Of a stretch of 48,581 nucleotides of DNA, positions 6,779 through 17,338 are shown piece after piece (position 1 is the stretch's first letter; the number at the start of each line of letters is the position of its first letter). The stretch is taken from positions 1-48,581 of the IMG/VR virus record IMGVR_UViG_3300017589_000093; one strand, given 5' to 3'. This DNA comes from a virus (Duplodnaviria; Caudoviricetes). The translations under genes and the position numbers were made by a program. The notes under the pieces were generated by a model. That model did not search any database. It saw only the letters and a program-made list of their open reading frames with translations, and was not told where the DNA came from.

Positions 6779-9700
6779 TTAATTTATATGAATAATGTTA
6801 TTGTTTTTTAAAGCATCTATCTCTTTTTTCAACTGCTTGATAGCACAGATCAAATGAGGAATAATTTTAACATAATCAATAGACTTGTATTGTCCTCCGT
6901 AGATAGTATGCACCAATTCAGGTACCACTAATTCTAATTCCTGAGCGATTAATCCGAAGTCTCTATCATTACCCTTAAGTGGGTTAAGCTCCTTTGCAAT
7001 ATTATTCCATTTATATGATACTGGATTCAGATTCTGAATTATCTGTAACGAGTTGGATAGAGGAGCAATTTCTTTCTTAAGACGGGCATCCGAAGCGGAA
7101 TAAGCGGTAATCTCTCCAATGGCAACAACATTTCCTGACGTAACATAACCAGGGGAATGAGTGATTTCTTTATTGCTGTATCCCGAAGGGATTGACCCTG
7201 TTGTACTGGAGGAGTATAAAGCCCAGTTATAAAGATTGTAACCTTTAACTGTTAGTGATACTGCTTTACCCGTCTCATTGAAAACTTCCAAGTAAGCATA
7301 ATTACCAGAATATGTTGTATGATAAACTATCCGAGATTTCGTTATGCAAATTCCAAAATTAGTATAAGACGATTGTGATATAAATGGGGCACTAGCGTAC
7401 ATCATTCCAGCTGTTAAACTTACAGCCCCATGGTAGCTACTCAAAGTCCAACTAATATCAAACTGCCCAAAAGGTCTTTCAATACCAACTGGAGCTACAG
7501 CTACTCTATACCATCCAATTGTAGCAGGTAGACTATAAGTGAATGAATCTATAACTCCAGCTATTTGAATACCACCGTTAGAACCCACAGTCATATTTCG
7601 TGTGTTAGTCCCGTTTGACAATGTTATTCCACGAAGGGTGCTATTCCCATCTACACTTAATGAGCTACTTATATATGATGCCCCAACTACTCGAAATGCT
7701 CCAAACACAGAAAGTCTATCACCTGTATTTACGACACCACCGACTGCGACATTTCCGCCACCCTGACACAGGTGTAAATTGTTCGCCGTGTTGTATTGTA
7801 ATGCCAGGGATGAATTATAACAGTTAATCTCAGAATCACGCCCCGTAGAACTTCCATTCGTATCAACTTCAATAAATATGTTTTTGAATCTTGCCCCTAA
7901 AGAAAAACGCGCATTACCATTAACATCGAGTTTAAAAATTCCGTTTGTAGAGGTACCTATCAAAACATTCCCTCCGTTTGGGTTAATTAAAATAGGGTAT
8001 TCCAAACTCAGATCAGTACCATTTGTAGCTTGCATCCATAATCCACTGGAACCGTTACTACCAAAATCTAGGATAGCCCCGTCCTTGCGTCCTAATCTAA
8101 CACGTAAAGCATTTTGAGTTACCCCGCTTGTTGCAGGCAACCCAGTTACTTGACTATATACATCAAGTAATGCAGTTGGTGAAGTTGTACCGATGCCAAC
8201 ATTGCCATTCATAAAGTAAGAGTTTCCACCAGCAACAAAATTGCCGGCTACTTTCAATGCTGCTCCGATTCCACTCGCAGGGTCTACATAAGCTCCAACA
8301 GACATATGAGATTCGGAAATTGTATTAACTCTGTTAGCAGTCAGAGCCCCAATAATTCCGGCATTACCAACACTATCAATAACCAACGAATTAGCAGTAC
8401 CTGAACCTAAGTATAATTTATTCTGATAACCTTGTAAATACCAAGAATTAGAGTTTTCGAGTAACTTTAAATAGGGGTTAGCCGCAACATCATTGATTGC
8501 AAACCAACTTCCACTTATGTTACCCATTACATTAGCAGTTCCATCAAAGTTTTGTCCCCATATTGTGCGCACGTTAGCCAATCGGTTTGCGCTAATAGCA
8601 TAAGGAGCAGAAGTCTCCAGCGCTCCTATCCGCCCCAACGCAGTAGTAAGGTTAGTGTTTATTAAATTTATTGTATAGGCATTGAAGGTATTTGTATAGT
8701 CGGTATTAAGATAGCTTCCACCAAGTCCGGAGCTGCCAAAAACAGATGTTATTAGACCTCCTTCACCGCTAGCTCCTGAACCAGATCCATATGCGGATAT
8801 TTCGCCGGTTGACCAAAAATTAGCGTCTACCTTAATGTTTCCATCAACGACACTGAAATGAGACAAGACATCTAAATTTCCCTGCGTAATAAGGTCAAGT
8901 ATGCTTTTATTTTCGTGACTGTGCAGGTTTTTGGAAATCTCTTCATTTACGTATGTTTTTGTAACATAGTCGTTTGTTGTAAGATATTCACCCAAAGCAA
9001 CAGTGTCAAATCCAACTATCTCAGATAATAATTTACTACTCCAGTGAGTTTCACCAGCCAATTGCACCATAATACGATCTGCCGTAGGTATCTCGTCAGC
9101 CCATATTCCCACATTGACAAGCCCACCTAAAGAACCGGATAATCCGGGATCACCCCCAGCGCTTCCAGATCCATAGGCGGATACTTCCTTTTCGGAATAA
9201 ATTGATTCGGAAATTTTTAAGGCACCGGCTTCTATATCCCATGTAAAAATGGCATTGCCAATCTTTATACCCTTTTCGAAAGATATCTGTTCAGAGGCAG
9301 TGTCTTCAGCGTCTTTTCGCAGGAAGTTGCCTGTTGGACTAGCGGGTATAGACTCGATCGCTTTTGTAATTTCTTCCATTGTCCTCTTGCTTGTAAATAC
9401 CGTAATGTCGGACGGCTCAGTAGCAGTGTCGGAACTTGGTAACAACAAAACCATCGTACCGGTTCCTGGGGCCCCTGTGGTTGGCATTGCATCCAAAGCT
9501 GCCCCGACTATAACCTGCTTTATCTCACCGAAAGTGGTTACCGTGGCGGTTGGGCTAGAGGAGTCGAAGGCTGGAATAAGCACCCCCTCGGTTAGGAGTA
9601 TACGCGGTAACTCAGCGAGCCGAGGGGGAAAAGTAAAATCCGGCGAATCGACATTGGGAATAACGATGTTGGATGGAATCTCTGATTCGTTTCTTATCAG

Positions 9701-10702
9701 ATTCAGATATTCGGTTTTGTCTGCAAATTTGTAAGAGAAACTGTACGCGCTTGGCAGATCGGAACTGGCGTACTTAACATCGCTGTCGGTAACAACAATC
9801 TTCCGGATCGCGTTGTCTTCGTGTATGAACTTTCCCCTAGACGGGAAAAAGTCCAATAGCCAGGCGCGGGCGTATTCGTCCAGGTAACCGGTATTCTTGT
9901 TGTAAATCCGTTCGGTTTCTACATCATACTCTTTGTATATTTCTCCAAATTCAGCGATGTTATGAGTGTGTGACCCGTCAAAGTTATTAAACCCGTAAGC
10001 CCGAAATGTGTCCATTCCACCCAGGGAGTTTTCAAAAAGATACCACTGCTCGTCGTCAGATTGTACCTCGCTGTAGGTATAGAACTGCTCGTCCGTCAAC
10101 CTTGATCCGGCGGTAGACTCTGCCCAAACCTTGTAATGTACCGGGTACGTATTACCCAGACGTCCGGCTATGGACGCGTATTGAACATTAACCGTAACCG
10201 TCGAACCTGCAGGAACTGAAGCCAACGTAATGGACTGCGTAGCTCCACCGTCGAAGGTTGCAAGCAACTTGATAGTAGCTTCCTGTACTCCGTAATAAGT
10301 CAACCACTCGGGCGAGTAGTAGGTAACCGGCTTAACTTTAGGTTGCCAGGTCAAAAAGTGACTACGTAACCAATTTGAATCCGTATCGGCCAGGTTCGCA
10401 ACACCCCCACGCACGGCGCGGAATGGGAAAGAAGCCCCGTCCACTTCGCCAATAAAGTTGGCAGCAATGGCCGACTGCACGTAAGCATTAGCCGAATTCA
10501 TCGTATAGGCCAGCGACGCAAACACCACCGCCTTAACGTCTATCTCCAGCACACCATCGGCACCAGGTTCGTAGCGCTGACTAAGCAACTCAACCCCGCC
10601 TTTTAATAAGCGGAATTGAACCGATTCGGTAGATGATATCTTAAATGTTTTCAAATTACCGGCAAGCGAAAGCGCGTCCGGTGATTGGTTTACTGTAGCC
10701 AT
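6779..10702 (-). CDS. Tail fibre/spike with C-terminal S74 intramolecular chaperone domain
   Basis: 1307 aa; SDARLKKEI...GLIAQEL...IDY...AIKQL C-terminus; GNVGIGT-type and GEISAY-type repeats. Confidence 0.88.
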   Translation of the reverse strand: MATVNQSPDALSLAGNLKTFKISSTESVQFRLLKGGVELLSQRYEPGADGVLEIDVKAVVFASLAYTMNSANAYVQSAIAANFIGEVDGASFPFRAVRGGVANLADTDSNWLRSHFLTWQPKVKPVTYYSPEWLTYYGVQEATIKLLATFDGGATQSITLASVPAGSTVTVNVQYASIAGRLGNTYPVHYKVWAESTAGSRLTDEQFYTYSEVQSDDEQWYLFENSLGGMDTFRAYGFNNFDGSHTHNIAEFGEIYKEYDVETERIYNKNTGYLDEYARAWLLDFFPSRGKFIHEDNAIRKIVVTDSDVKYASSDLPSAYSFSYKFADKTEYLNLIRNESEIPSNIVIPNVDSPDFTFPPRLAELPRILLTEGVLIPAFDSSSPTATVTTFGEIKQVIVGAALDAMPTTGAPGTGTMVLLLPSSDTATEPSDITVFTSKRTMEEITKAIESIPASPTGNFLRKDAEDTASEQISFEKGIKIGNAIFTWDIEAGALKISESIYSEKEVSAYGSGSAGGDPGLSGSLGGLVNVGIWADEIPTADRIMVQLAGETHWSSKLLSEIVGFDTVALGEYLTTNDYVTKTYVNEEISKNLHSHENKSILDLITQGNLDVLSHFSVVDGNIKVDANFWSTGEISAYGSGSGASGEGGLITSVFGSSGLGGSYLNTDYTNTFNAYTINLINTNLTTALGRIGALETSAPYAISANRLANVRTIWGQNFDGTANVMGNISGSWFAINDVAANPYLKLLENSNSWYLQGYQNKLYLGSGTANSLVIDSVGNAGIIGALTANRVNTISESHMSVGAYVDPASGIGAALKVAGNFVAGGNSYFMNGNVGIGTTSPTALLDVYSQVTGLPATSGVTQNALRVRLGRKDGAILDFGSNGSSGLWMQATNGTDLSLEYPILINPNGGNVLIGTSTNGIFKLDVNGNARFSLGARFKNIFIEVDTNGSSTGRDSEINCYNSSLALQYNTANNLHLCQGGGNVAVGGVVNTGDRLSVFGAFRVVGASYISSSLSVDGNSTLRGITLSNGTNTRNMTVGSNGGIQIAGVIDSFTYSLPATIGWYRVAVAPVGIERPFGQFDISWTLSSYHGAVSLTAGMMYASAPFISQSSYTNFGICITKSRIVYHTTYSGNYAYLEVFNETGKAVSLTVKGYNLYNWALYSSSTTGSIPSGYSNKEITHSPGYVTSGNVVAIGEITAYSASDARLKKEIAPLSNSLQIIQNLNPVSYKWNNIAKELNPLKGNDRDFGLIAQELELVVPELVHTIYGGQYKSIDYVKIIPHLICAIKQLKKEIDALKNNNIIHIN

Positions 10703-10718
10703 ATCTTTCTTTTTAACT

Positions 10719-10754
10719 CAAATTTAGGTGTAACTCTATTGAAGGCAAAGGACA
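10719..10754 (-). promoter_or_regulatory. Putative phage late promoter (fibre-DGR operon)
   Basis: TGTCCTTT-N20-TAAATTTG; the second element matches the Bacteroidota -7 box TAnnTTTG. Confidence 0.75.
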
Positions 10755-10758
10755 AGTA

Positions 10759-12732
10759 TTAAGCTAATACAGCCTCCAGCCAAACATTTATCGTACCCGA
10801 ATACGGATCCCCCGAAGGATTGTCGTCGTACTTAACATCGAAAGATTGTTCGTAGTACCGACCGCCGGCAGTAAATTGCGCCTCGGTTGGATCATCGTAG
10901 TAGACAACAGGGGGGATCGTTACATAACTCATATACGAGTGCCCTGGTAACGTCTCCTCGTAAAAGGCCTCCCATTTATAGACCGGATTGAAGCGCGAGC
11001 TTTCAAGTGTAGCCGTCTCGATCGGACTGTAGAGCCGGCAGGTTAGAAACGAACACTCCTCCGGACGGTTAATCCCGGGCGAATACTTTATCGAATCCGG
11101 AAGCAGCTCCTGTCCGTCTATTATTATTTTCTTGTAAGACGAAAGCGACATCTTCTGCACTTCCGTTAGCAACATATCCGCGTCCACCCTGAAGAACGAG
11201 TTCCGGATGATGTCGTCGTACTTACGCCAAAACTTTTCAAACAATCCGTCGGCGCCATTGTAACACAACGTATAATCCCATACCCTGTTTCCTGCCTGAT
11301 CGTAATTATAGATCGTACCAATGTCGTACTTTCTTGCCCCATTATGATGGCAGAAGCACACCATAATAGGCAACTCAGAGACTTCGGTTTCCGAACTGGA
11401 AGACGTGTCTCCGTCGTATACGATCGTAGAGTTCAGCGAACGGGAATCTACAATGTACGGCATTATCAATTCCGGAGCCGGAATCGTTCCACCGGCTGCT
11501 TGGGTGTGATACACATCGAATATCTTATCAGGCGCCTCTTTTTCTTCCACCTCCAACGTACCCCCTGCAAAGTAATTGCAGTTCAGCGAGCCGATCCGCT
11601 GCCGGTACTCGGTGTATCCTAAGAAGCCGATACGGTAAATCTCGCCGATCTTCGGATCCAGGCGGGCAAAAGGATACTTCTTAACGATAGCCTGTATTGA
11701 TTCGTATTCCTCGTTCAGCACCGTATCTGTAAAACTCTTGCGGGTAGCCGATGTGGTCGGATCGGTAGCCTCCAGCTTTTCGGCCGTTAGCTTAATCTGT
11801 TTAAACTCGGGCATGTTAACCGTGTAATTTCCAACGAGATTCGGAGTTAGATCCGTAGTAGTACTTTCGCTCAACACATCGTTAAGGAGTACTATCTTAA
11901 TCGTTTTTTCCGATTCATTCGGAATAAACTCACAACAAAACTTTTTCCGGAAAAAGTCCAGGATGCTGCTAACCTGCACGTCCGGCACGATCTGCGAGTA
12001 AAGGATCCGGCCTTTTACAATCGTGTCGATATTGTTGTTAAGGAAAACCATCTCCGTGAATGGCGCTGTTGTAGTAAAGAAATTGCTTTCGACTGTGTAC
12101 CCGAAGTATGCGAACATCTCGGAAAGCAGGTGGTTAGCCTTAATAAAAGGCGTAATGTAGAAGCCGGGCGAAACCGTTACCGTCTTTTCGTCCACCGTTT
12201 CGGTTCGGCCGATGGCATTATACAGATTATAATACGTATCCGCGTTTACATCGCCCAACCGGTTAAGTACCCCCGTTTCTATACGAACAGGAAAACAGGC
12301 GAAGCGGCTATCAGGGGTTATCATCAGGTTACGAACAAACGTAACAGCAGCATCCACAGAGGCGAACTCTATTTTTTTATCCGCAAAGATGGTACTTAGC
12401 TGTACATCCTTTGTCTTTTCGTTAAAAGCACCCTCGTTGGCATAAAATGACGTAGATATAACATCCCTCGATTTAGCCGATAGAATAGCCTGCCTTGCCC
12501 GAAGAGCAAACACGCCCTCTTCTATCATCGCGTCGGTAACAAATGCCTGCTTAGAGGCGTGAGCTAAACTATTCGGATAGCCTGCAATAATCAGGTTATT
12601 CGCCGATGCAGGCAGGTCGATCGGAATAGACTGCTCACCAATCTCGTTGAAAAAAGGGTTTAACCTGGTAAACTCAAGCGATGTCCCCGGAGTGATATCA
12701 AATGATTCGCCTGTACTATTTTTTATTTTCAT
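10759..12732 (-). CDS. Tail tip/baseplate-type structural protein
   Basis: 657 aa between tape measure and fibre; 4-nt overlap with the TMP stop. Confidence 0.7.
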   Translation of the reverse strand: MKIKNSTGESFDITPGTSLEFTRLNPFFNEIGEQSIPIDLPASANNLIIAGYPNSLAHASKQAFVTDAMIEEGVFALRARQAILSAKSRDVISTSFYANEGAFNEKTKDVQLSTIFADKKIEFASVDAAVTFVRNLMITPDSRFACFPVRIETGVLNRLGDVNADTYYNLYNAIGRTETVDEKTVTVSPGFYITPFIKANHLLSEMFAYFGYTVESNFFTTTAPFTEMVFLNNNIDTIVKGRILYSQIVPDVQVSSILDFFRKKFCCEFIPNESEKTIKIVLLNDVLSESTTTDLTPNLVGNYTVNMPEFKQIKLTAEKLEATDPTTSATRKSFTDTVLNEEYESIQAIVKKYPFARLDPKIGEIYRIGFLGYTEYRQRIGSLNCNYFAGGTLEVEEKEAPDKIFDVYHTQAAGGTIPAPELIMPYIVDSRSLNSTIVYDGDTSSSSETEVSELPIMVCFCHHNGARKYDIGTIYNYDQAGNRVWDYTLCYNGADGLFEKFWRKYDDIIRNSFFRVDADMLLTEVQKMSLSSYKKIIIDGQELLPDSIKYSPGINRPEECSFLTCRLYSPIETATLESSRFNPVYKWEAFYEETLPGHSYMSYVTIPPVVYYDDPTEAQFTAGGRYYEQSFDVKYDDNPSGDPYSGTINVWLEAVLA

Positions 12733-15700
12733 TTGGAGCCTATTTTTTGTGATTGTTCTAATTTTGCTTTTGCCTTTTCCAATTGACTTAATACCACCCT
12801 GGCATCGATGCCTTTATCGTTCAGCGTGCGAAGGAGGGTAATAAGTTCTTTTGCCATAGCATTCGATATTCCAGCCACGCCAGATGGGGACACAGGAGTA
12901 GTAACCGGACCGCCAGAAGCATACCCGGCAGAAGCGTTATTTATTATTCTGGTTTGTCTTATGCCTTCCAACGCTTGCACATAATTGAAAGAAGCAGGCT
13001 CCTGCATCTGCCATGCCGGCACAACATATTCACCCCGATGCACCACACCGGCCACATCCATCACTGCCCCGTTACCTGTATATCCACCGCCCGAATACCC
13101 ATTCGCAACTCGGGAACCGGTATTACTTTCTGTAGCACTCGTTCCGGAAGACGATCCGGACACTGAAGGTTTTTTGATAATTCCCTTAACAGCATAGAAG
13201 GCGGCGTTTATCAAAGCAATTTCAGCAACAGACTTTAATATTCCCAAAGGTCCCAATGTACCAATGTTCTTTATTGTTCTCTCGGCGATGGCCATGGTTG
13301 CTATTTGCCTTAAGGTGTCTAATGTTAGCAGCAAGATATTACCCATTGTTTCGGCGAAAGTAGCCTCGGAGTCACTCAAAGATTCTCCAATTATCTGGCC
13401 AATATCTGCGCCAAACGACATTAAAGCGTTTGCAGTATTTTTCTTTTTTTCAAGTTCTTCAGCCTCTATCTTTGCCTGTTCTTCTATCAACTTTTTCGAA
13501 TAGTCCTGAAGAATATCATTCAATGCCTCGTAATGTTTTTTTTTCTCAGTCTTCTTTTTTTCGTCAAGCTTTCTTTCTTTTTCCAGATTCTTCAAATATT
13601 CTTCGAAGCCTTTATCCATCATTTTAGACTTGTAGTCGAGAACCATCTGTTCTATCTTGTTCCTTTCGTCCGAACCTACTCCGTAAATCGAAAGCTTTTT
13701 ATTCAGGCTTTCCAATTCAAGCGCCTCCAGTTGCCTGTTTCGCTCTTCGTACAGAATTTTTCCTTCGTCAAAGTCTCGGCTTATCTTCAGTTTCTTTTCT
13801 GCAATGTATCGGTCTATTTCCGAAAGCTTTGCGTCGTTCGCTTTTTTCAACTCCGATGCACTTAGACCGTTATCCAGATTATCATTCGTATCATCTGGCG
13901 TTTTTGTTCCAGGCAGCGTTAGCGACTTATCGATAATACCCTTAAGGGTTTCGGCATCTTTATCCAGTGAAGCGATAAGATCATCACGGGTTTTTCGGCC
14001 ACGGGCCACCATAGCAGTCATGGCCTGATCGGCAGCTCCTCCGCTGAACATTCGCATAAATCCAACCTCTAACTTTTCATACCATGGGATTAAGTCGTCG
14101 AATTCCTTAGGATCCATCTCCAGAGCCAACTTTTGCTTTTCAATGTCTACAAGTTTATCCTTTGCCGCCTGCGCGCGAGCCATGGTCGTAATACTTTCGA
14201 CGTATTGATTAATAGCCGTAGTCGCTTTCTTAGTATTTATTTCCTCCAATGTGAGATTGCCGAGGTATTCGGGGGATATCTCATTTAGCTTTTTGATAGC
14301 AGCAAAACGGGACGCTTTCGATTTGGTATCATCGCGCGCAATCCGGATGTAAGACTCCAGTTCCGTTTTTTGAGCAAACAACGATTTTTGAGCATCTTGC
14401 GCCACATCATTGAGCAGCTTTTGACTCCTTTGCATCTCAGTAGTCTTTGTAGTCAACTTGTATATGCCCACGGTAAGGGCCGCAATCGCAACGCCAATTG
14501 CAACAATTGGATTAATTCCAAGAGTAACAAGAAGTCCCCTCATTGCTACTGTAGCAGCTTTGATATTCCCGGTCAAAATCAATTTTACAGCAGAAGCCGC
14601 GTACTCGGCCGCGATGGTTGCCCGTAGTGCAACATCCTGAGCTTTTTCTACTATTAGCCCCTTTAAAGACGCTGCAGTATTAGCCTCTCTCACTGCCGTG
14701 CTTATCCTGACGACTGCAATATACGTCCCCAATGTAATAACCAGAGAAGCCACTAGTTTTCCATTTTCAATCAGCCACTTAGCACCATTCATCAGAGCTT
14801 CGGCCGCAGAAGCGCTTGCTACTTCTACCTTTTCAATAGATGGATAAAGCTTTTCAAGCAAACTCACGCCTTGGTTAATAAGACTGTTTTGTCTTTGTGC
14901 CCGTCTGGCTTCGGCGGTATCGCTGTTAATTGCGGCCTGTTCTATAGCCACGCTGGTTCCAGTTACGGCGGTGGTGTAGGCTTTTACTTTTTCGGTCTCG
15001 TTAATCAATACAGAGGCAACGTTATAACCTTCCTCGCCAAACATCTTTTTAATGTCGGACGCTTCCATCTGTTTTTTAGCCAGGTTATCTAAAGCCGTAT
15101 ACAGGCCGACCACCTTTGGATTGGTATCGTCGGCACCTGTCTGCAGGGTAAGGAAAAACTTTTTCAAACCGGTACCGGCTACTTCGTCTTTAATTCCCTT
15201 CTCGGCAAGCGTCTGGATAGTACCAACCAACTGCTCGATGGGGATGTTAGCAGCAGCTGCGGAAACACCGGCTCTTTTAATTGCCTGTGCCTGACTATCC
15301 ACTTCGGCAGCACCTTCTTTAGATCCGGCAGCGAGTACGTTGGTGTATCGAGAAGCTTCATCGGCTGCAGCTCCGTACTGGTTCATAGCTAAGGTCACAG
15401 CTCGGGTAGCTTCAACGAGATCCATTTTCGAAGCTGCAGCAAGGATAAGAACCTCCTCTGTTACGCTTGCAAGCGCTTCCTTGTTATCCAATAGTTCGGG
15501 TTTTTCGCCCCCTACAATCCGGTAGGCCTCTAATATCTGTTCGGCCGACTGTTTAATCCTAACACCGTCGGCCGTCATATTACCAGACAACCGTTTTGCG
15601 TTTTCGGTAAGCCAATCTACCGAAGCATCATCCAGTCCGGTAAGCGCTTTTAATTCTTTTTGCCCGCTTTCCAGCTTGTCCCGTTCTTCCCGGTATTTAG

Positions 15701-16208
15701 CCAGGCTGGACGTAATTACCAGTAACGCCGCCCCGGCGCTTAACCAGCCGGCAGCCGTACTTGTAATAAAGCCTTTCATCCGGGACCACATTGTGCCCTG
15801 TGCACCCAACTCGGTACGCATCTCCTTCTGTGCCATGGCCACCTCTTTCGAAACCTTTTTGTGCATCGCCAGTTTCTGGTTGTATTCCTCGGTCCCCCTT
15901 GATGTACTTTTTAGCTCTCGTTCAACCTGCTTCTGTACAGCAACAAGCTCCTTGTAAGTTGACCCGCTAAGATTACCGAGTACCCTTTCTGTTTCTTGCA
16001 CAGATTTCCGATACTTGGCAAGTTGGGAGTAAGAATCTTCCAACGATTTCTTCATCTTAGCAGCATTGGCAGCATACGCCGGATCATCCTTGTTAAGGTT
16101 GTTCAGATCCTTTTCAAGCTTGGCTATATGCGCCCGTAGCCCATCGATGCTTTTACCAGCCTCGGTATTGTCTATGTAGACTTTTATACTTCTGTTTACG
16201 TCGCTCAT
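12729..16208 (-). CDS. Tail tape measure protein
   Basis: 1159 aa; Ala-rich helical, TP901-like core (LAAGSKEGAAEV...AGTGLK), hydrophobic segments, C-terminal GVVHRGEYV motif. Confidence 0.92.
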   Translation of the reverse strand: MSDVNRSIKVYIDNTEAGKSIDGLRAHIAKLEKDLNNLNKDDPAYAANAAKMKKSLEDSYSQLAKYRKSVQETERVLGNLSGSTYKELVAVQKQVERELKSTSRGTEEYNQKLAMHKKVSKEVAMAQKEMRTELGAQGTMWSRMKGFITSTAAGWLSAGAALLVITSSLAKYREERDKLESGQKELKALTGLDDASVDWLTENAKRLSGNMTADGVRIKQSAEQILEAYRIVGGEKPELLDNKEALASVTEEVLILAAASKMDLVEATRAVTLAMNQYGAAADEASRYTNVLAAGSKEGAAEVDSQAQAIKRAGVSAAAANIPIEQLVGTIQTLAEKGIKDEVAGTGLKKFFLTLQTGADDTNPKVVGLYTALDNLAKKQMEASDIKKMFGEEGYNVASVLINETEKVKAYTTAVTGTSVAIEQAAINSDTAEARRAQRQNSLINQGVSLLEKLYPSIEKVEVASASAAEALMNGAKWLIENGKLVASLVITLGTYIAVVRISTAVREANTAASLKGLIVEKAQDVALRATIAAEYAASAVKLILTGNIKAATVAMRGLLVTLGINPIVAIGVAIAALTVGIYKLTTKTTEMQRSQKLLNDVAQDAQKSLFAQKTELESYIRIARDDTKSKASRFAAIKKLNEISPEYLGNLTLEEINTKKATTAINQYVESITTMARAQAAKDKLVDIEKQKLALEMDPKEFDDLIPWYEKLEVGFMRMFSGGAADQAMTAMVARGRKTRDDLIASLDKDAETLKGIIDKSLTLPGTKTPDDTNDNLDNGLSASELKKANDAKLSEIDRYIAEKKLKISRDFDEGKILYEERNRQLEALELESLNKKLSIYGVGSDERNKIEQMVLDYKSKMMDKGFEEYLKNLEKERKLDEKKKTEKKKHYEALNDILQDYSKKLIEEQAKIEAEELEKKKNTANALMSFGADIGQIIGESLSDSEATFAETMGNILLLTLDTLRQIATMAIAERTIKNIGTLGPLGILKSVAEIALINAAFYAVKGIIKKPSVSGSSSGTSATESNTGSRVANGYSGGGYTGNGAVMDVAGVVHRGEYVVPAWQMQEPASFNYVQALEGIRQTRIINNASAGYASGGPVTTPVSPSGVAGISNAMAKELITLLRTLNDKGIDARVVLSQLEKAKAKLEQSQKIGSK

Positions 16209-16858
16209 CTCCTTATAAATATTTTAGTAGCATCTATAATCATTGTATCACTGTAGTTAGTACAGATATCGGCCAGTTGCTCAAGACGAGCTTCAATAAC
16301 CGGATTAAACCAATCCCTATCTTTCATTTTCGATTGATTTAGACGGCCAAGACTTCGGGTTCTTGTCTCCCTCATAATCGACGTGTTTATATAGCCGTAT
16401 TCCGTTTTCTTACGGTAGCTCCACTTCGAACCTTTTATACCACCATATCCATTTTGCGCACCCTTATAAACGAAAATACCATGCCTGGCAAAAGAGAAAC
16501 CCAACCGGTTTATCTCGCCGTACTTACTCTTCTTGAAAGTAGGCACAAGCGAATCCGAAAGCTCCGATCCGGACATCCCCAACGCGGCTATGTTAGCACG
16601 CAGCGCGGTAATTGTATCGGTCTGCCATTGTCGTAAATCCTTATTAAATTGGTCCATTGCCTCGAAGTTCACAGCACGGTGGTATTGAGCGATATCGCTA
16701 ATCGTATTCATCTTAATGTCGCTTACGTTTCCACCTTCAAGAAGACCGGCACGAATGGCAATCTTACGGATACGCGAGTACTCGTTTTTGTTCATGTACA
16801 TGGCCGCCTGCACCCAGTCGTTCGATGTGAATTCGTCAAGAGGTTTGCGCATTGCCAT
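16205..16858 (-). CDS. Putative neck/tail completion protein
   Basis: 217 aa, basic; SFARHGIFV..G and RDWFNP motifs; position before TMP. Confidence 0.55.
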   Translation of the reverse strand: MAMRKPLDEFTSNDWVQAAMYMNKNEYSRIRKIAIRAGLLEGGNVSDIKMNTISDIAQYHRAVNFEAMDQFNKDLRQWQTDTITALRANIAALGMSGSELSDSLVPTFKKSKYGEINRLGFSFARHGIFVYKGAQNGYGGIKGSKWSYRKKTEYGYINTSIMRETRTRSLGRLNQSKMKDRDWFNPVIEARLEQLADICTNYSDTMIIDATKIFIRR

Positions 16859-16861
16859 CGC

Positions 16862-17338
16862 TTATTCCCTCCACATCGTTGGGTCCAACTTAAAGCCAAA
16901 ACTCTCGCCCACTTCGAAAACAATGGCAACGCCGTGGTGGCATTCACCAAGAGGCCCGACCCCATGTATTTCGAAACTGGAAGGATCCAGCTCCTCCAAT
17001 CCGCTTAGGTTAGACTCGAAGTCGAGCATCATTTTTTTAACGATCTGCTTGGCTATCGCTTTCGCTTTTTCGAGCACCTGCTTTTCCGCTTCCGAATTAC
17101 CGGAAGCAACCGGGAACAGCACCAGGAAAATATACGCAGAACCGAGACTCATACATTCGCTTCCGGAATAGTTAATCATCCCGTCTTTGCTGTCAACACT
17201 CACAAACACGCCTCCGTTTATCCTGGTAATCTTTTCGTCCATGCTCTGCGGATCCGACTGACTGGAGGCATCGAACGCCTCCGTAATGTCAATCAGCTTT
17301 CCCGCTAAATATTTTCCGTATTCAAAATGGTTATACAT
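16862..17338 (-). CDS. Hypothetical structural protein (tail terminator-like position)
   Basis: ORF 16862..17371; likely start MYNHF at 17338 overlapping the upstream stop. Confidence 0.6.
   Translation of the reverse strand: MYNHFEYGKYLAGKLIDITEAFDASSQSDPQSMDEKITRINGGVFVSVDSKDGMINYSGSECMSLGSAYIFLVLFPVASGNSEAEKQVLEKAKAIAKQIVKKMMLDFESNLSGLEELDPSSFEIHGVGPLGECHHGVAIVFEVGESFGFKLDPTMWRE

Noticed and set aside
8220-8240. CCACCAGCAA match to the TR 5' end inside the tail fibre (possible second VR)
   Set aside because: Only about 10 nt; flanks do not align and differences are not adenine-specific. No second VR was seen by eye.
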